Positions 32,596-43,470 are shown, counted from the first letter of the stretch. The stretch: DNA of 64,000 bases from Hydrurus foetidus (GCA_900617105.1 UYFQ01000001.1:4836001-4900000); one strand, 5' to 3'. Made by a program: numbers and translations. Notes: a model not told the origin generated them from the letters alone.

Positions 32596-33732
32596 ATGGC
32601 TTTTATTTACTACGTCACCCACATCCAGTTTGATTTTGGTGCTGTCAAATTGCTCAAGCAGGAATGCGACCGGGTCGGCATCACGCGGCCGCTTGTGGTC
32701 ACTGACGCAGGCGTTAAAGCCGCTGGCATTTTGCAAAAGGCGCTGGATCAGCTTTCAGGCATGGCGGTCACGGTGTTTGATCAAACACCGTCCAACCCCA
32801 CCGAAGCCGCCGTGCTGGCCGCAGCCGCCCTGTACAAGGCAAGCGGCTGCGATGGCTTGATTGCCGTTGGCGGCGGTTCAGCGATTGACTGCGCCAAGGG
32901 TGTGTCGATTGCCGCGACGCACGAAGGCCCGCTTACAAGCTACGCGACGATTGAAGGTGGCTCGTTGAAGATCACTGACCGTGCGGCTCCGCTGATTGCG
33001 GTACCCACCACCAGCGGCACGGGCAGCGAGGTGGCACGCGGCGCCATCATCATCGTCAACGACCACCGCAAACTTGGCTTTCACTCCTGGCACATCGTGC
33101 CGAAGGCGGCTATTTGTGACCCCGAACTCACGCTGGGGTTGCCCGCGCAGCTGACCGCAGCCACCGGTATGGACGCGATTGCGCACTGCATGGAAACCTT
33201 CATGTCGGCCGCTTTTAACCCACCGGCTGACGGTATTGCACTGGACGGCCTGGAGCGCGGCTGGGCGCACATTGAACGTGCCACCCGCGACGGCAGCGAT
33301 CGCGAGGCAAGGTTCAACCTCATGAGTGCGTCGATGCAGGGCGCGATGGCCTTCCAAAAAGGCCTGGGCTGCGTGCATTCGCTCAGCCACAGCCTTGGAG
33401 GTGTTGATCCGCGCTTGCACCACGGCACGTTGAACGCGATGTTTTTACCGGCGGTGGTGACGTTCAACGCGAGCGTTGAATCGATGCAAAAAGACAAACG
33501 CCTGGAACGCATGGCCCGAGCCATGGGCCTGGCCAGCGGCAACGATATCGCCAGCGCGCTGCGGGACATGAATGCGCGACTGAATTTGCCAACCGGCCTG
33601 TCGCAGTTAGGCGTGGCCAGAGAAGCTTTCGACAAAATTATTGATGGGGCGCTGCGTGACCATTGCCACGCCACCAACCCGCGCCTGGCAACGGCAGCCG
33701 ACTACACCACCATGCTTGAGCAGTCATTGTGA
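32596..33732 (+). CDS. Iron-containing alcohol dehydrogenase
   Basis: GGGSAID, PTTSGTGSE, DAIAHCME, HSLSH, HHG. Confidence 0.92.
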   Translation: MAFIYYVTHIQFDFGAVKLLKQECDRVGITRPLVVTDAGVKAAGILQKALDQLSGMAVTVFDQTPSNPTEAAVLAAAALYKASGCDGLIAVGGGSAIDCAKGVSIAATHEGPLTSYATIEGGSLKITDRAAPLIAVPTTSGTGSEVARGAIIIVNDHRKLGFHSWHIVPKAAICDPELTLGLPAQLTAATGMDAIAHCMETFMSAAFNPPADGIALDGLERGWAHIERATRDGSDREARFNLMSASMQGAMAFQKGLGCVHSLSHSLGGVDPRLHHGTLNAMFLPAVVTFNASVESMQKDKRLERMARAMGLASGNDIASALRDMNARLNLPTGLSQLGVAREAFDKIIDGALRDHCHATNPRLATAADYTTMLEQSL

Positions 33733-33769
33733 TGCCAGCAGGTCGGCGCCAAGTGTTCGGCAGGTCTTT

Positions 33770-34879
33770 TTACCGCTTCAGCGGGTTCAACCGCTTCGGT
33801 TTGAAGTAATTGCGCACGGGCGTTTCAAAGTAGCGCTCGCTCGCAAGAGCCACCAAAAACGCCATGCCGATGATGAAACAGCCAAATGCGAGCCGGTTAG
33901 AGAGCGACCAGTCTGCTGGGTTTGCCAAGCCTAGCCGCGGAAAAACAATTTGCACAAGTCCAAAAAACAGCACCGGATGCAGCAGATAAAGTCCATAGGT
34001 CGCGTCGCCAAAATAGCCCGCCAGTTTTTTCAAACCGCCCACAACAGGCAAGCGGGAGGCAGCGTAAACCATAGCGAAGCAGGTTGTGCTCAATACGAAC
34101 CCGCGCCAGCCAACAATTTCAGCACCGGCTAGCGCAGGATTGACCAGAACCATCAATACAAAACCGCCCAGCAAAATCGTCCAGCCCAGTGGCGCAGATC
34201 TGAAAACGCCAAGCACACCCCTGCGCCTGGCAGCGCCCAAAATACAGCCCCCCATGAAGTAGGCAGTAAAAGCGGGTGCCTGAAAATACAGTTGGGCATT
34301 TTGGGTGAAGCCACCGGCCTCGCCAACACTCATGGCTATCCAGCCTATTTGAAGCGCTGCAAACACGATGAAAAGACTGGCTGCCAGCCAGGCACTTCGA
34401 AAACTCCACAGCAAAAATGGGAAACAAAGATAAAAAATCACCTCGATGCCCAGCGACCAGCCGCCAATGAGCGTTGCGTTGGTGGACGGGTTGAAAAAAC
34501 CGAACAAAAATGTGGCGTTGAGCAGGTAGGACACTACCAGCGCACTGGCGCTGCCAGCGTTGAGTAATTTCCAGGGCAGTGCAACGAGCATCAACGCTAC
34601 ATAAAGTGGTGCAAGCCTGAGGTATCGGATTCGCAAAAAGGCTGAAAATGAAAAGCGGCCCGACTCAAACTTGTCCAGATAGTTGTAGGCCAAGCTGGCA
34701 CCAGAAAGAATAAAAAACAGGTAAACCCCGTAACTGCCCAGCGTGTTGATGGCCGCTACCCCCTGCCAGTACATCAGGTGATAACTTGCAACCGCAAAGG
34801 CGCACAAACCGCGCAGCAAGTCCCACCCTAAAACGCGCTCTGCTGGGGGCAGTGGCTTTGTCGGATCTGTGTCGGGCAT
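33770..34879 (-). CDS. Acyltransferase-3 (OafA-like) membrane protein
   Basis: DLLRG, VYLFFILSG, RYLRLAP, WSLGIEVIFY, YGLYLLH. Confidence 0.88.
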   Translation of the reverse strand: MPDTDPTKPLPPAERVLGWDLLRGLCAFAVASYHLMYWQGVAAINTLGSYGVYLFFILSGASLAYNYLDKFESGRFSFSAFLRIRYLRLAPLYVALMLVALPWKLLNAGSASALVVSYLLNATFLFGFFNPSTNATLIGGWSLGIEVIFYLCFPFLLWSFRSAWLAASLFIVFAALQIGWIAMSVGEAGGFTQNAQLYFQAPAFTAYFMGGCILGAARRRGVLGVFRSAPLGWTILLGGFVLMVLVNPALAGAEIVGWRGFVLSTTCFAMVYAASRLPVVGGLKKLAGYFGDATYGLYLLHPVLFFGLVQIVFPRLGLANPADWSLSNRLAFGCFIIGMAFLVALASERYFETPVRNYFKPKRLNPLKR

Positions 34880-34975
34880 CGTTTGTTTGTTAAAAGGGCA
34901 GCGCTGATTATGCGGCCTGCCTGAGCCTCTAAAATCAACCGAACGCAACAGGACTCAACAGGAATTAACAACACC

Positions 34976-35668
34976 ATGGCATCTATCAACTTCATTGGCG
35001 GCGAAAAAGGCGGCGTGGGCAAGTCGGTTACCGCGCGCGTTTTGGCGCAGTACTTTATTGACAAAAATGTGGCGTTCACTGGCTTTGACACGGACCGGTC
35101 ACACTTTTCTTTCAACCGGTTTTATACCGACTACGCTTCACCCATCGTGGTTGACAGCTTCGAGGGCATGGACCAAATCGTGGCGGTGTTTGAGGACAAC
35201 CCGCAAGCTAACGTGATTGTTGATCTGGCTGCGCAAACCTCAAGCCCGTTGGCCAGGTGGATCAAGGATGCCAGCCTGATTGAGCTATTCAAGGAAATGG
35301 GCGTCACAGTAAATTTATGGCACGTCATGGACGATGGCCGGGATGCGGTTGATCTGCTTGGCCGACTGGTGGACACATATGGCAGTGGGCCCAACTACGT
35401 GGTGGTGCAAAACTACGGGCGCGGCAATGATTTTGTACTGCTGCGTGAGTCTTACGCGCTGCAAAAAGCGCAGGCGCAAGGCGCTTATGTGATTGAGCTG
35501 CCCCGCCTGCACGATGTGAGCATGCGCAAAATTGACCAGCACAACACGAGCTTTTGGAAAGCGATTAACGATCGGGAAAGCTCGGATTCGCTCAGTTTGC
35601 TGGAGCGCCAGCGGGTTAAAACCTGGTTGAAAAATTGTTATGAGGTTTTTGACCGGCTGCCGGTCTGA
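34976..35668 (+). CDS. ParA/MinD-like P-loop NTPase
   Basis: Deviant Walker A GGEKGGVGKS, FDTD, IVDLAAQ. Confidence 0.75.
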   Translation: MASINFIGGEKGGVGKSVTARVLAQYFIDKNVAFTGFDTDRSHFSFNRFYTDYASPIVVDSFEGMDQIVAVFEDNPQANVIVDLAAQTSSPLARWIKDASLIELFKEMGVTVNLWHVMDDGRDAVDLLGRLVDTYGSGPNYVVVQNYGRGNDFVLLRESYALQKAQAQGAYVIELPRLHDVSMRKIDQHNTSFWKAINDRESSDSLSLLERQRVKTWLKNCYEVFDRLPV

Positions 35669-35722
35669 TTCAAAGCAGCCCTGTCTTGCAGACCGCAGCG
35701 CGGCGAGACGCCACGCTTCTTC

Positions 35723-35800
35723 ACGCTGTCCGAATGCGCTCAAGCGCATTTGGAGCCGCAGCGTTCAGCCCCTGCCCTCTCCCGTCAGCAGGAGAGGGAG
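35723..35800. repeat. REP-like tandem hairpins between convergent genes
   Basis: Stems TCCGAATGCGCT-C-AAGCGCATTTGGA and CCCTCTCC-N8-GGAGAGGG. Confidence 0.55.
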
Positions 35801-35806
35801 CGGAAA

Positions 35807-36712
35807 TCAAGCTGCCCGCAGCGCATCTTTTAACTGCTGCCCCAACTCCGGCTTGCCCTCGAACGGGTCGGTTGGGTTACGGGTTTGCACAATGTCTTCT
35901 AACCGTGTTTGCACTGACTTGATAGCTTTGGGGTGGCTGTAGATATAAAACTGGTTGGTGGCCACCGCATCAAACACCATTTGCGCCACATCAGCCGCGC
36001 TGACTTTGCCTGAACTGACGGCTTTGTTGCTCATGGCTTGGCCGACCAATTGGCTTTGAGTGGGTTTGCTGCCGCGCAGCTCTGCAGGCCGGTTGCGGTG
36101 GCTGTGGCTGATGCCCGTCGCCACAAAAAACGGGCACAACACTGATGCGCTGATTTGGTCAGTAACCAGCGACAAGTCCTGGTACAGCGTTTCGCTTAGC
36201 GAGACCACCGCGTGCTTGCTAACGTTGTACACACCCATGTTCGGGGCATTTAGCAAGCCCGCCATGCTGGCCGTGTTCACGATGTGGCCTTGCCACGCGG
36301 CATCGGCTTTGGCAGCAGCCAGCATCATGGGGGTGAACAGGCGTACGCCGTGCGCCACGCCCATCACGTTCACGCCCAGCACCCACTCCCAGTCTTTGAC
36401 GCTGTTTTCCCAAATCAGGCCGCCTGAGCCCACGCCAGCGTTGTTGAACACCAAATGCGGCGCGCCAAAGCGCTCAAAAACCTGAGCCGCCATCGCTTCC
36501 ATTTGCGCGGCGTTGGCCACATCGATTTTGACTGCCAATACATCCGCACCTGTTGCTTTCATCTCAAGTGCAGCGGCATCCAAAGCATCTTGCTGCACAT
36601 CTAGCAGCACCAGGTTCATGCCCAGCTTGGCGCCAATACGCGCGCATTCCAGGCCAAAGCCGGAGCCCGCGCCGGTTAATACGGCGGTTTTGTTTTTGAA
36701 ATCGGTGATCAT
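35807..36712 (-). CDS. Short-chain dehydrogenase/reductase
   Basis: TGAGSGFG, NNAGV, YNVSK. Confidence 0.92.
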   Translation of the reverse strand: MITDFKNKTAVLTGAGSGFGLECARIGAKLGMNLVLLDVQQDALDAAALEMKATGADVLAVKIDVANAAQMEAMAAQVFERFGAPHLVFNNAGVGSGGLIWENSVKDWEWVLGVNVMGVAHGVRLFTPMMLAAAKADAAWQGHIVNTASMAGLLNAPNMGVYNVSKHAVVSLSETLYQDLSLVTDQISASVLCPFFVATGISHSHRNRPAELRGSKPTQSQLVGQAMSNKAVSSGKVSAADVAQMVFDAVATNQFYIYSHPKAIKSVQTRLEDIVQTRNPTDPFEGKPELGQQLKDALRAA

Positions 36713-36722
36713 TGTTTTGCTT

Positions 36723-37658
36723 TCATGGGTCTACTTTCTTCAAGGCATAGCCTATGCGGGGGAAATGAACGTGTACAGTGCCGGCGCGTTCGTCTGTGCG
36801 GCGCAGCGTGTAGTGCATGCGGGTGGCGGCAATGAGTTCACCTTGCGTGGGCTCCAGGCCAAAATTCTCGCTGCGAATAGTGACCTGGCTGCCAAGTGCA
36901 ATGCCGTGCTCGTCTTGAAATTTATCGTCGTGCAACAGTGAAGGCGTTGCAGCTGCGGCCACCGCGATCGCATCTGTCGAACTGTATTTTTCAAACTTGT
37001 CATGCCCGATCGCCGCCATGCGGTCCATCCACTCCAGCACAGCAGGCGTTGCATCCAGCACGCCCGCCATCGCAGGCGTGCGGGTACGGGTGAACCACAG
37101 CGGGTGGTATGCGGCAAAGTCAGCAATGCTCGGTATCCCACCGAGTAAAAACGGCCAATCGTCGAGCATGTCAGACATGCGGCGCAGGTACGACTTGTAG
37201 GCCGCTGTTGCATCAGCAGCAGGCATGCGCGGCATGCCCTGGCGCATGGCCTGGCGGTCTTCAGCAAAAGCTTTGGCAGCTTCTGGCGGCGCGCCTGCAA
37301 ACACTTGGGCTGTGCCTGCTGGCTAAAAGTTATACGCCATAGCTGTCCAGAACAGCGTGGTGTCGGCCCACTGCGCCAGCGTGCGGCCCATGCCTTTGCT
37401 GGGTTCAGGGTATAGCGACGGTTCTGGTTGCAGGTGTTCCAGCACCTCGGCGATCAATGCGGTGTCGCAATAAACGTCTGCGCCGATTTGCAGAAAAGGC
37501 GTTTTGCGGTAGCCGCCAGTCAACGCCACTACATCGGGCTTGGGCATGATCATCGGGATGATGACCGACTTCCACGCGAGCTTTTTATAACCCAGCATCA
37601 GCCGCACTTTTTCAGCAAACGGTGAGGTTGGGTAGTGGTGAAGGATCAGATCAGCCAT
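36723..37658 (-). pseudogene. Glutathione S-transferase family gene with an internal in-frame TAG
   Basis: SPFAEKVR...GGYRKTP N-domain; TAG at 37323-37325, then the same frame continues to 36723. Confidence 0.8.
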
Positions 37659-37677
37659 GGCGCATTTCCTTCAGAAG

Positions 37678-38694
37678 CTAGACTAGTCTGACAATCTGCT
37701 TGCCAAAATTTTTGCCTTTGAGCAAACCTAAAAACGCCTCGGGCGCGGCTTCAATGCCAAGTGCTACTGACTCGCGCGGTTTGAGCTTGCCGGTGGCAAC
37801 CAGCGTGCCCAGTTCTTTCAAAGCGTCTGGCCAGACTTCCATGTGCTCGCTGACGATAAAGCCCTGAATCCGCAGCCGACTCATCAAAATCAGCGCCGGG
37901 TATGTCATGGGCAAGGGCTTGCCGTCGTAGCCCGCAATCATGCCGCACAGCGCGATACGGCCAAAGGCGTTCATGAGCGGCATCACCGCGTCAAGCACCA
38001 TGCCGCCAACGTTTTCAAAATAACCATCAATGCCGTTGGGGCAATGCCCCTTGATGGCTTTGGCGAGCGAGCCGGCGTTGTCGTGCAGTTTGTAGTCAAT
38101 ACAGGCGTCAAAGCCCAACTCGTCCACAGCGTATTTGCACTTGTCGGGCCCACCCGCGATGCCGACTACATGGCACCCACGGGCTTTGGCCAGCGCGGCA
38201 AACGCACTGCCCACAGCGCCAGTTGCGGCGCTAACGACCACTGTTTGACCGCCTTTCGCTTCAATGATTTTGACCAGGCCATAGTACGCGGTAACGCCCG
38301 GCATGCCGACTGCGCCCAGGTAATGCGACAGCGGAACGTGGGTGGTGTCCACCTTGCGCAGCGCGCCAAGCTGGTTGCCGTCGACCACGCTGAACTGCTG
38401 CCAGCCGCCCATGCCAACCACTTTGTCGCCCACGGCAAATTTGGGGTTGTGGCTTTCAATCACTTCGCCCACCGTACCGCCGCCCATGACCTGCCCAAGC
38501 GCTTGCGGAACAGCGTAGCTTTTGCTGTCGTTCATGCGGCCGCGCATGTACGGGTCCAGGCTTAAAAAATGGTGCTTAACTAGCACTTGACCGTCCGCCA
38601 ATGCTGGCGTGTCGGCAGTGGTCAGCTTAAAGTTGCTGGCAGCGGCTTCGTCCGTGGGGCGGTTGTCAAGAAGGATTTGCTGGTTACTTGGCAT
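37678..38694 (-). CDS. NADP-dependent oxidoreductase (CurA/PTGR family)
   Basis: SLDPYMRGRM, GMPGVTAY, GIAGGPDKC, GKNFGKQ. Confidence 0.9.
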   Translation of the reverse strand: MPSNQQILLDNRPTDEAAASNFKLTTADTPALADGQVLVKHHFLSLDPYMRGRMNDSKSYAVPQALGQVMGGGTVGEVIESHNPKFAVGDKVVGMGGWQQFSVVDGNQLGALRKVDTTHVPLSHYLGAVGMPGVTAYYGLVKIIEAKGGQTVVVSAATGAVGSAFAALAKARGCHVVGIAGGPDKCKYAVDELGFDACIDYKLHDNAGSLAKAIKGHCPNGIDGYFENVGGMVLDAVMPLMNAFGRIALCGMIAGYDGKPLPMTYPALILMSRLRIQGFIVSEHMEVWPDALKELGTLVATGKLKPRESVALGIEAAPEAFLGLLKGKNFGKQIVRLV

Positions 38695-38722
38695 GATGGC
38701 TCCAATCAATGAGGTTAAAATT

Positions 38723-38776
38723 ACTATAAATTTAATAGCTGTTCGCGCCCGTATCTATTGCGCTACAGCACGATTT
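38723..38776 (+). repeat. 54-bp dispersed element, copy 11 (intergenic)
   Basis: ACTAT-AAATTTA-ATAGCTGTTCGCGCCC-GTATCTATT-GCGCTAC. Confidence 0.88.
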
Positions 38777-38813
38777 AATACTTAAAAACGCTTAAAAAGA
38801 CTAAATTCGACGC

Positions 38814-39284
38814 TCAATCGGTCGAGATTCCACTTTGGGGCATGTGGGCTGCAGAAGCTGTCAGCGGGTTGCTTGTTTTAGGCCCGGTGACCAAGCGTTT
38901 GACATATTTAAACGTCCCAGTGGCGTGCGCGCAAGCCTTGCCCTGTGCGTCAAACAGTGTGGCTTCTGTAAACGCCAGCGTGGCGGTTCTGTGAATCAAC
39001 CGTCCCTTGCCAGTCAGGCGGCTGCCGTCGCCGGGTGCTGGCTGCATAAAGCTGGTTTTCATCTCAATCGTGACCACGCCCATGTCTTGCTGCACGCTGC
39101 GCGCCGCTACGGCCATGGTCACATCCATCAGCGTCATGATGACTCCGCCATGGGTGACGGCAAAAGAGTTGAGGTGCTCCGGCTTGGGAGCGTAGCCAAT
39201 CGCAGATTCACCGTTTTCAAACTTTTCGAGCTCGAAACCTAAATGACTGACAAATGGGATTTCAACGCCAAAACCGGTGGCCAC
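38814..39284 (-). CDS. PaaI-family thioesterase
   Basis: HLNSFAVTHGGVIMTLMD. Confidence 0.88.
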   Translation of the reverse strand: MATGFGVEIPFVSHLGFELEKFENGESAIGYAPKPEHLNSFAVTHGGVIMTLMDVTMAVAARSVQQDMGVVTIEMKTSFMQPAPGDGSRLTGKGRLIHRTATLAFTEATLFDAQGKACAHATGTFKYVKRLVTGPKTSNPLTASAAHMPQSGISTD

Positions 39285-39286
39285 GT

Positions 39287-40081
39287 CTAGCCGCCTGTTA
39301 CTACGCTCACGCCGCCATCAACCGCCAAGTATTGCCCGGTAATGTGCTTGCCCGCATCAGACGCGTACAGCACACACAAGCCTTTCAAGTCTTCATCGTC
39401 ACCCAAGCGTTTCAGAGGCGCATGCGCGGCCAGCTTTTCTTCGCCCATGGCCTTGAGCGTGCCCATCGTCATTTTGCTGGGGAAAAAACCTGGGCAAATC
39501 GCGTTAACAGTGATGCCATGCGCGCCCCACTCTGCCGCTAGCGCTCGAGTGAAATTGATTGCTGCGCCTTTAGACGTGTTGTAGGCAATGGTTTGCATAC
39601 CGCTGGGGTTGCCGCCCAGCCCGGCAATGGAGGCGACGTTAATGATGCGGCCCTGCTTGCGTGCAATCATCGAATGTTTGGCAATGTGCTGCGACAAAAT
39701 AAAGTAGCCGCGAATATTCAGGTTCATGACTTTGTCCCAAGCTTCGACCGGATGGTCTTCAGCTGGTGCGCCCCAGGCGGCACCTGCATTGTTGATCAAA
39801 ATATCAACATGACCCATGCGTTTAATGGTCTCGTCGGCCAGCATGCGAATGTCGGCTTCTTTGGCGCAGTCGGCGGCTATCCAGTCGGCGTCAATGCCTG
39901 CAGCTTTCAGCTCTGCTGCTGCCTCGGTCAGGTCGTCAGCCTTGCGCGAGCTCAGCATGATTTTTGCGCCTGCCTCGCCCAACGCATGCGCCATTTGCAG
40001 GCCGAGGCCGCGTGAGCCGCCGGTCACGAGTGCAGTTTTGCCTGTCAGGTCGAAAAGTTTTTGAATGGTTCTGGGTGTCAT
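39287..40081 (-). CDS. SDR oxidoreductase
   Basis: TGGSRGLG, NNAG, YNTSK. Confidence 0.92.
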   Translation of the reverse strand: MTPRTIQKLFDLTGKTALVTGGSRGLGLQMAHALGEAGAKIMLSSRKADDLTEAAAELKAAGIDADWIAADCAKEADIRMLADETIKRMGHVDILINNAGAAWGAPAEDHPVEAWDKVMNLNIRGYFILSQHIAKHSMIARKQGRIINVASIAGLGGNPSGMQTIAYNTSKGAAINFTRALAAEWGAHGITVNAICPGFFPSKMTMGTLKAMGEEKLAAHAPLKRLGDDEDLKGLCVLYASDAGKHITGQYLAVDGGVSVVTGG

Positions 40082-40112
40082 GGTTGCCTCCGAATGATGG
40101 TTAAGGTGTTAT

Positions 40113-40343
40113 TCAAGAATCAGTTGTCATGGTGGAGCGCACGTAAATCAAAATCGCGCCTACAGCCGTGAGCACGCAGCCGCCTGCAAGCATGGTCCAG
40201 CCAACAGCATCGTCAGCTTTGCCAACAAAAATACCGAGGATCACCGTCAGTAGTCCGCCAAAAATAAGCGTCCAGATGATCTTGTGCAGCCGGGCAGTCT
40301 TGGGGTCAGCGGTGTGGTTCGCACCAGGTTTGTAAAAGCCCAT
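40113..40343 (-). CDS. Small two-transmembrane protein
   Basis: Two hydrophobic helices; start overlaps the upstream stop (TAATG). Confidence 0.7.
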   Translation of the reverse strand: MGFYKPGANHTADPKTARLHKIIWTLIFGGLLTVILGIFVGKADDAVGWTMLAGGCVLTAVGAILIYVRSTMTTDS

Positions 40344-42205
40344 TAAAAAGCCTCCTCGGGCAAGGTGGCGCACAGCAGGTTGCGGCTTTCAACCACCGCC
40401 AGCCAGGCCGTTATTTTTGGCAGTTCGTAAGCGTAAAAATAGGCTGCAGCCCCCTGAATACCGGCGCGAGCAGCTATTGAATGCGTAGCAGTTGAATTCT
40501 GTGAGGCAAGAGCCACGTCAAGCCAGATCCAGGCCAGCACGGTGTGGCCAAAGGCCTGCATGTAGGGCACGGCATTGGCCAGTGCTTCTTGCGGGTTGCC
40601 CGTGGCCCAGGCGGCTTTCGTGGCTTTATCGATTTGCAGCAATGCAGACGTGAGGGCTTTTGCGTGATCCTTTAACTCGGCATGACCATAAGCCTTTTGA
40701 ATTGTGGCTTGCAAGCGGTCGGCCAGCAATTTCAAACCTTGTCCGCCTTCCATCAGCACCTTGCGGCCAAGTAAATCAGTGGCCTGTATGCCGTGCGTGC
40801 CTTCGTGAATCATGTTCAAGCGGTTGTCGCGCCAATACTGCTCAACCGGAAAGTCTCGTGTGTAGCCGTAGCCGCCCAGCACCTGTATCGCCAACGAATT
40901 CGCTTCCAGGCACCATTCGCTGGGCCAACTTTTTGCGATGGGCGTCAGCACTTCCAGCAACATGCGGGCGTCGTCAGCGGCTTGTGGCTCTGCGGTGTGC
41001 TGTTCGTCGACCAGGCGGGCGCAGTACAGCTCTAGCGCCAGCGCGCCTTCGCAATACGACTTTTGCGCCAGCAGCATGCGGCGGACGTCGGCGTGTTCGA
41101 TGATGCGGACTTGCGGCGCAGAAGCGTCTTTACCACCCTGCCCCACCGGCCTGCCCTGAGGGCGATTTTTGGCATAGTCCAAGCTGGCGTGATAGCCCGC
41201 CATGCCCAACATGGTGGCAGCCAAGCCAACACCAATGCGCGCCTCGTTCATCATGTGGAACATGCAGCGCAGGCCTTCGTGTGGCTTGCCGACCAGATAG
41301 CCCACGGCACCTGTGCCGTCTCCAAATGCTCCACCAGCTTCGCCATCAACCGGGTATTGGCCTTCCCCGAAATTCAGCAGCGTATTGGTCGTGCCGCGCC
41401 AGCCGAGCTTGTGATTTAAGCCGGCCAGAGCAACGTCGTTGCGCACACCTGTTAACTCACCTTTTACGTTCACCAGCTTTTTCGGCACGATGAAAAGCGA
41501 AATGCCCCGCGTGCCCGCAATCAATTTGCCATCAGGCCCCGGAATTTTGGCCAGCACCAAGTGAATGATGTTTTCCGTCAGCTCATGCTCACCTGACGAA
41601 ATCCACATCTTGTTGCCCTTGAGGCGGTAGCGGGCACCCAGCGGCTCGGCTTCGAAGTCATCGCCATCAGGCACAGCGCGCGTGGTCACGTCGCTGAGTG
41701 ACGAGCCCGCCTGCGGCTCGCTCAAACACATCGTTCCCGAAAAGCGGCCTGAAAACTCGTTTTTGGCAAACACGTCTTTTTGCAAGTCAGTGCCATGCAC
41801 CATCAGCAAATTTGCGTTACCCGTGGTCAGCATGCCAGAGCCAATACTGACCGATGCCATTGCAAAAAAAGCATTGGCAGCGGCTTCCACCGTGTAAGGC
41901 AACTGCATGCCGCCCATGTCGAAGTCTTGCGCGGCACTCAGCATGCCAGACTCGGCATAGGCCTTGTTAGCGTCATGCGTAGCCTGCGGCAAGATGACTT
42001 TTTCGCCATCAAAGTGCGGCTCTTGCGTGTCTACCAGGCGATTGAACGGCGCATACTTTTCACGCGCAATGCGCTCGCAGGTGTCAAACACCGCGTCAAA
42101 GGTTTCGCGCGAGTGGTCAGCAAAGCGTGGGCGCTGGTTTAGCGACTCGGCTTGCAGCCAGTCGTAAAGCAAAAAATCAAGTGTGGAGCGCAAGTTCATG
42201 GGCAA
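40343..42205 (-). CDS. Acyl-CoA dehydrogenase
   Basis: TMCLSEPQAGS, GNKMWIS, MMNEAR, GGYGY, IHEGT. Confidence 0.93.
   Translation of the reverse strand: MPMNLRSTLDFLLYDWLQAESLNQRPRFADHSRETFDAVFDTCERIAREKYAPFNRLVDTQEPHFDGEKVILPQATHDANKAYAESGMLSAAQDFDMGGMQLPYTVEAAANAFFAMASVSIGSGMLTTGNANLLMVHGTDLQKDVFAKNEFSGRFSGTMCLSEPQAGSSLSDVTTRAVPDGDDFEAEPLGARYRLKGNKMWISSGEHELTENIIHLVLAKIPGPDGKLIAGTRGISLFIVPKKLVNVKGELTGVRNDVALAGLNHKLGWRGTTNTLLNFGEGQYPVDGEAGGAFGDGTGAVGYLVGKPHEGLRCMFHMMNEARIGVGLAATMLGMAGYHASLDYAKNRPQGRPVGQGGKDASAPQVRIIEHADVRRMLLAQKSYCEGALALELYCARLVDEQHTAEPQAADDARMLLEVLTPIAKSWPSEWCLEANSLAIQVLGGYGYTRDFPVEQYWRDNRLNMIHEGTHGIQATDLLGRKVLMEGGQGLKLLADRLQATIQKAYGHAELKDHAKALTSALLQIDKATKAAWATGNPQEALANAVPYMQAFGHTVLAWIWLDVALASQNSTATHSIAARAGIQGAAAYFYAYELPKITAWLAVVESRNLLCATLPEEAF
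40436..40489 (-). repeat. 54-bp dispersed element, copy 12 (inside acyl-CoA dehydrogenase)
   Basis: Reverse complement: GCTAC-GCATTCA-ATAGCTGCTCGCGCCG-GTATTCAGG-GGGCTGC; translated as ATHSIAARAGIQGAAAYF. Confidence 0.8.
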
Positions 42206-42225
42206 TAGCGTTGTAGCTGAAATTT

Positions 42226-42265
42226 AAAAAGGGTCGGTCTGCAAATTGTTCGCAGGCTCGACCCC
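42226..42265 (-). terminator. Hairpin/terminator after the thiolase gene
   Basis: GGGTCG..CTGC/GCAG..CGACCC stem plus T5 on the minus strand. Confidence 0.6.
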
Positions 42266-42294
42266 TAGTGGCATCAGTGCACAGAAAACAATGG

Positions 42295-43470
42295 TTATAG
42301 AACCTCAAAAACCCCCGCCGCACCCATCCCGCCACCAATACACATCGTTACGCAAACCCGCTTGGCTCCACGGCGTTTGCCTTCAATTAAGGCGTGCCCC
42401 GTCAAGCGTTGACCTGTTACGCCATACGGGTGGCCGACGGCAATCGCGCCACCGTTGACATTGAGTTTTTCCATCGGAATACCCAGCTTGTCAGCGCAGT
42501 ACAGCACCTGCACGGCAAAGGCTTCGTTGAGTTCCCACAGGTCAATGTCGCTGATCTTCAAGCCCAGCTTGGTCAGCACTTTGGGGATGGCGAATACCGG
42601 ACCAATGCCCATTTCGTCTGGCTCGCAACCTGCAACTGCAAAGCCTAAAAAGCGGCCAAGTGGCTTGAGGCCTTTACGCTCGGCAACCGTTTCGCTCATG
42701 ATGACCACGGCACCACCGCCGTCTGAAAACTGGCTGGCATTGCCTGCCGCAATCACGCCGCCGGGGATGGCGGGCTTGATGCCGCTGATGCCTTCTTTGG
42801 TCGTGCCTGCGCGAATGCCTTCGTCGTTGCTGACGGTGACTTGCTTGGTGGTCAGGCCCATGACCGGGTCAGCAACGCCCATGGTGACGGTAATCGGTGC
42901 GATTTCATCGACATATAAGCCTGCGGCCAAGGCGGCAGTAGCTTTTTGCTGGCTCATGGCGCCGTATTCGTCCATGCGCTCACGGGCGATGTTGTAGCGC
43001 TTGGCGACTTGCTCTGCGGTTTGCAGCATGTTCCAGTAAATTTCTGGCTTGTTTTTGGCCAGCCATGAATCAGCCAGCATGTGGGTGTTCATTTCTTGCT
43101 GGACGCACGAAATGCTTTCGACACCGCCAGCCACATAAATGTCAGCTTCACCTGCAATCACGCGCTGGGCAGCAAGCGCAATGGTCTGCAAGCCTGATGA
43201 GCAAAAGCGGTTGACCGTCATGCCTGACACATTGACCGGGCAGCCTGCGCGCAGAGCCACTTGGCGGGCGATGTTGGCACCGGTTGCGCCCTCGGGGTTG
43301 GCGCAGCCCATGATGACGTCGTCTACTTCGCCAGCCTCAATGCCGGCGCGTTTGATGGCGTGTTCAACGGCGTGGCCGCCGAGGGTTGCGCCGTGCGTCA
43401 TGTTGAATGAGCCCTTCCAGCTTTTGGCCAAAGGGGTACGGGCAGTCGATACGATTACAGCTGAAGTCAT
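42295..43470 (-). CDS. Acetyl-CoA C-acyltransferase (thiolase)
   Basis: NRFCSSG, NEAFA, GHPYG, MCIGGG. Confidence 0.95.
   Translation of the reverse strand: MTSAVIVSTARTPLAKSWKGSFNMTHGATLGGHAVEHAIKRAGIEAGEVDDVIMGCANPEGATGANIARQVALRAGCPVNVSGMTVNRFCSSGLQTIALAAQRVIAGEADIYVAGGVESISCVQQEMNTHMLADSWLAKNKPEIYWNMLQTAEQVAKRYNIARERMDEYGAMSQQKATAALAAGLYVDEIAPITVTMGVADPVMGLTTKQVTVSNDEGIRAGTTKEGISGIKPAIPGGVIAAGNASQFSDGGGAVVIMSETVAERKGLKPLGRFLGFAVAGCEPDEMGIGPVFAIPKVLTKLGLKISDIDLWELNEAFAVQVLYCADKLGIPMEKLNVNGGAIAVGHPYGVTGQRLTGHALIEGKRRGAKRVCVTMCIGGGMGAAGVFEVL

Noticed and set aside
19861..37325. Stop-codon reassignment explaining the in-frame TGA/TAG codons
   Set aside because: TGA and TAG terminate many intact genes here; isolated nonsense changes are simpler
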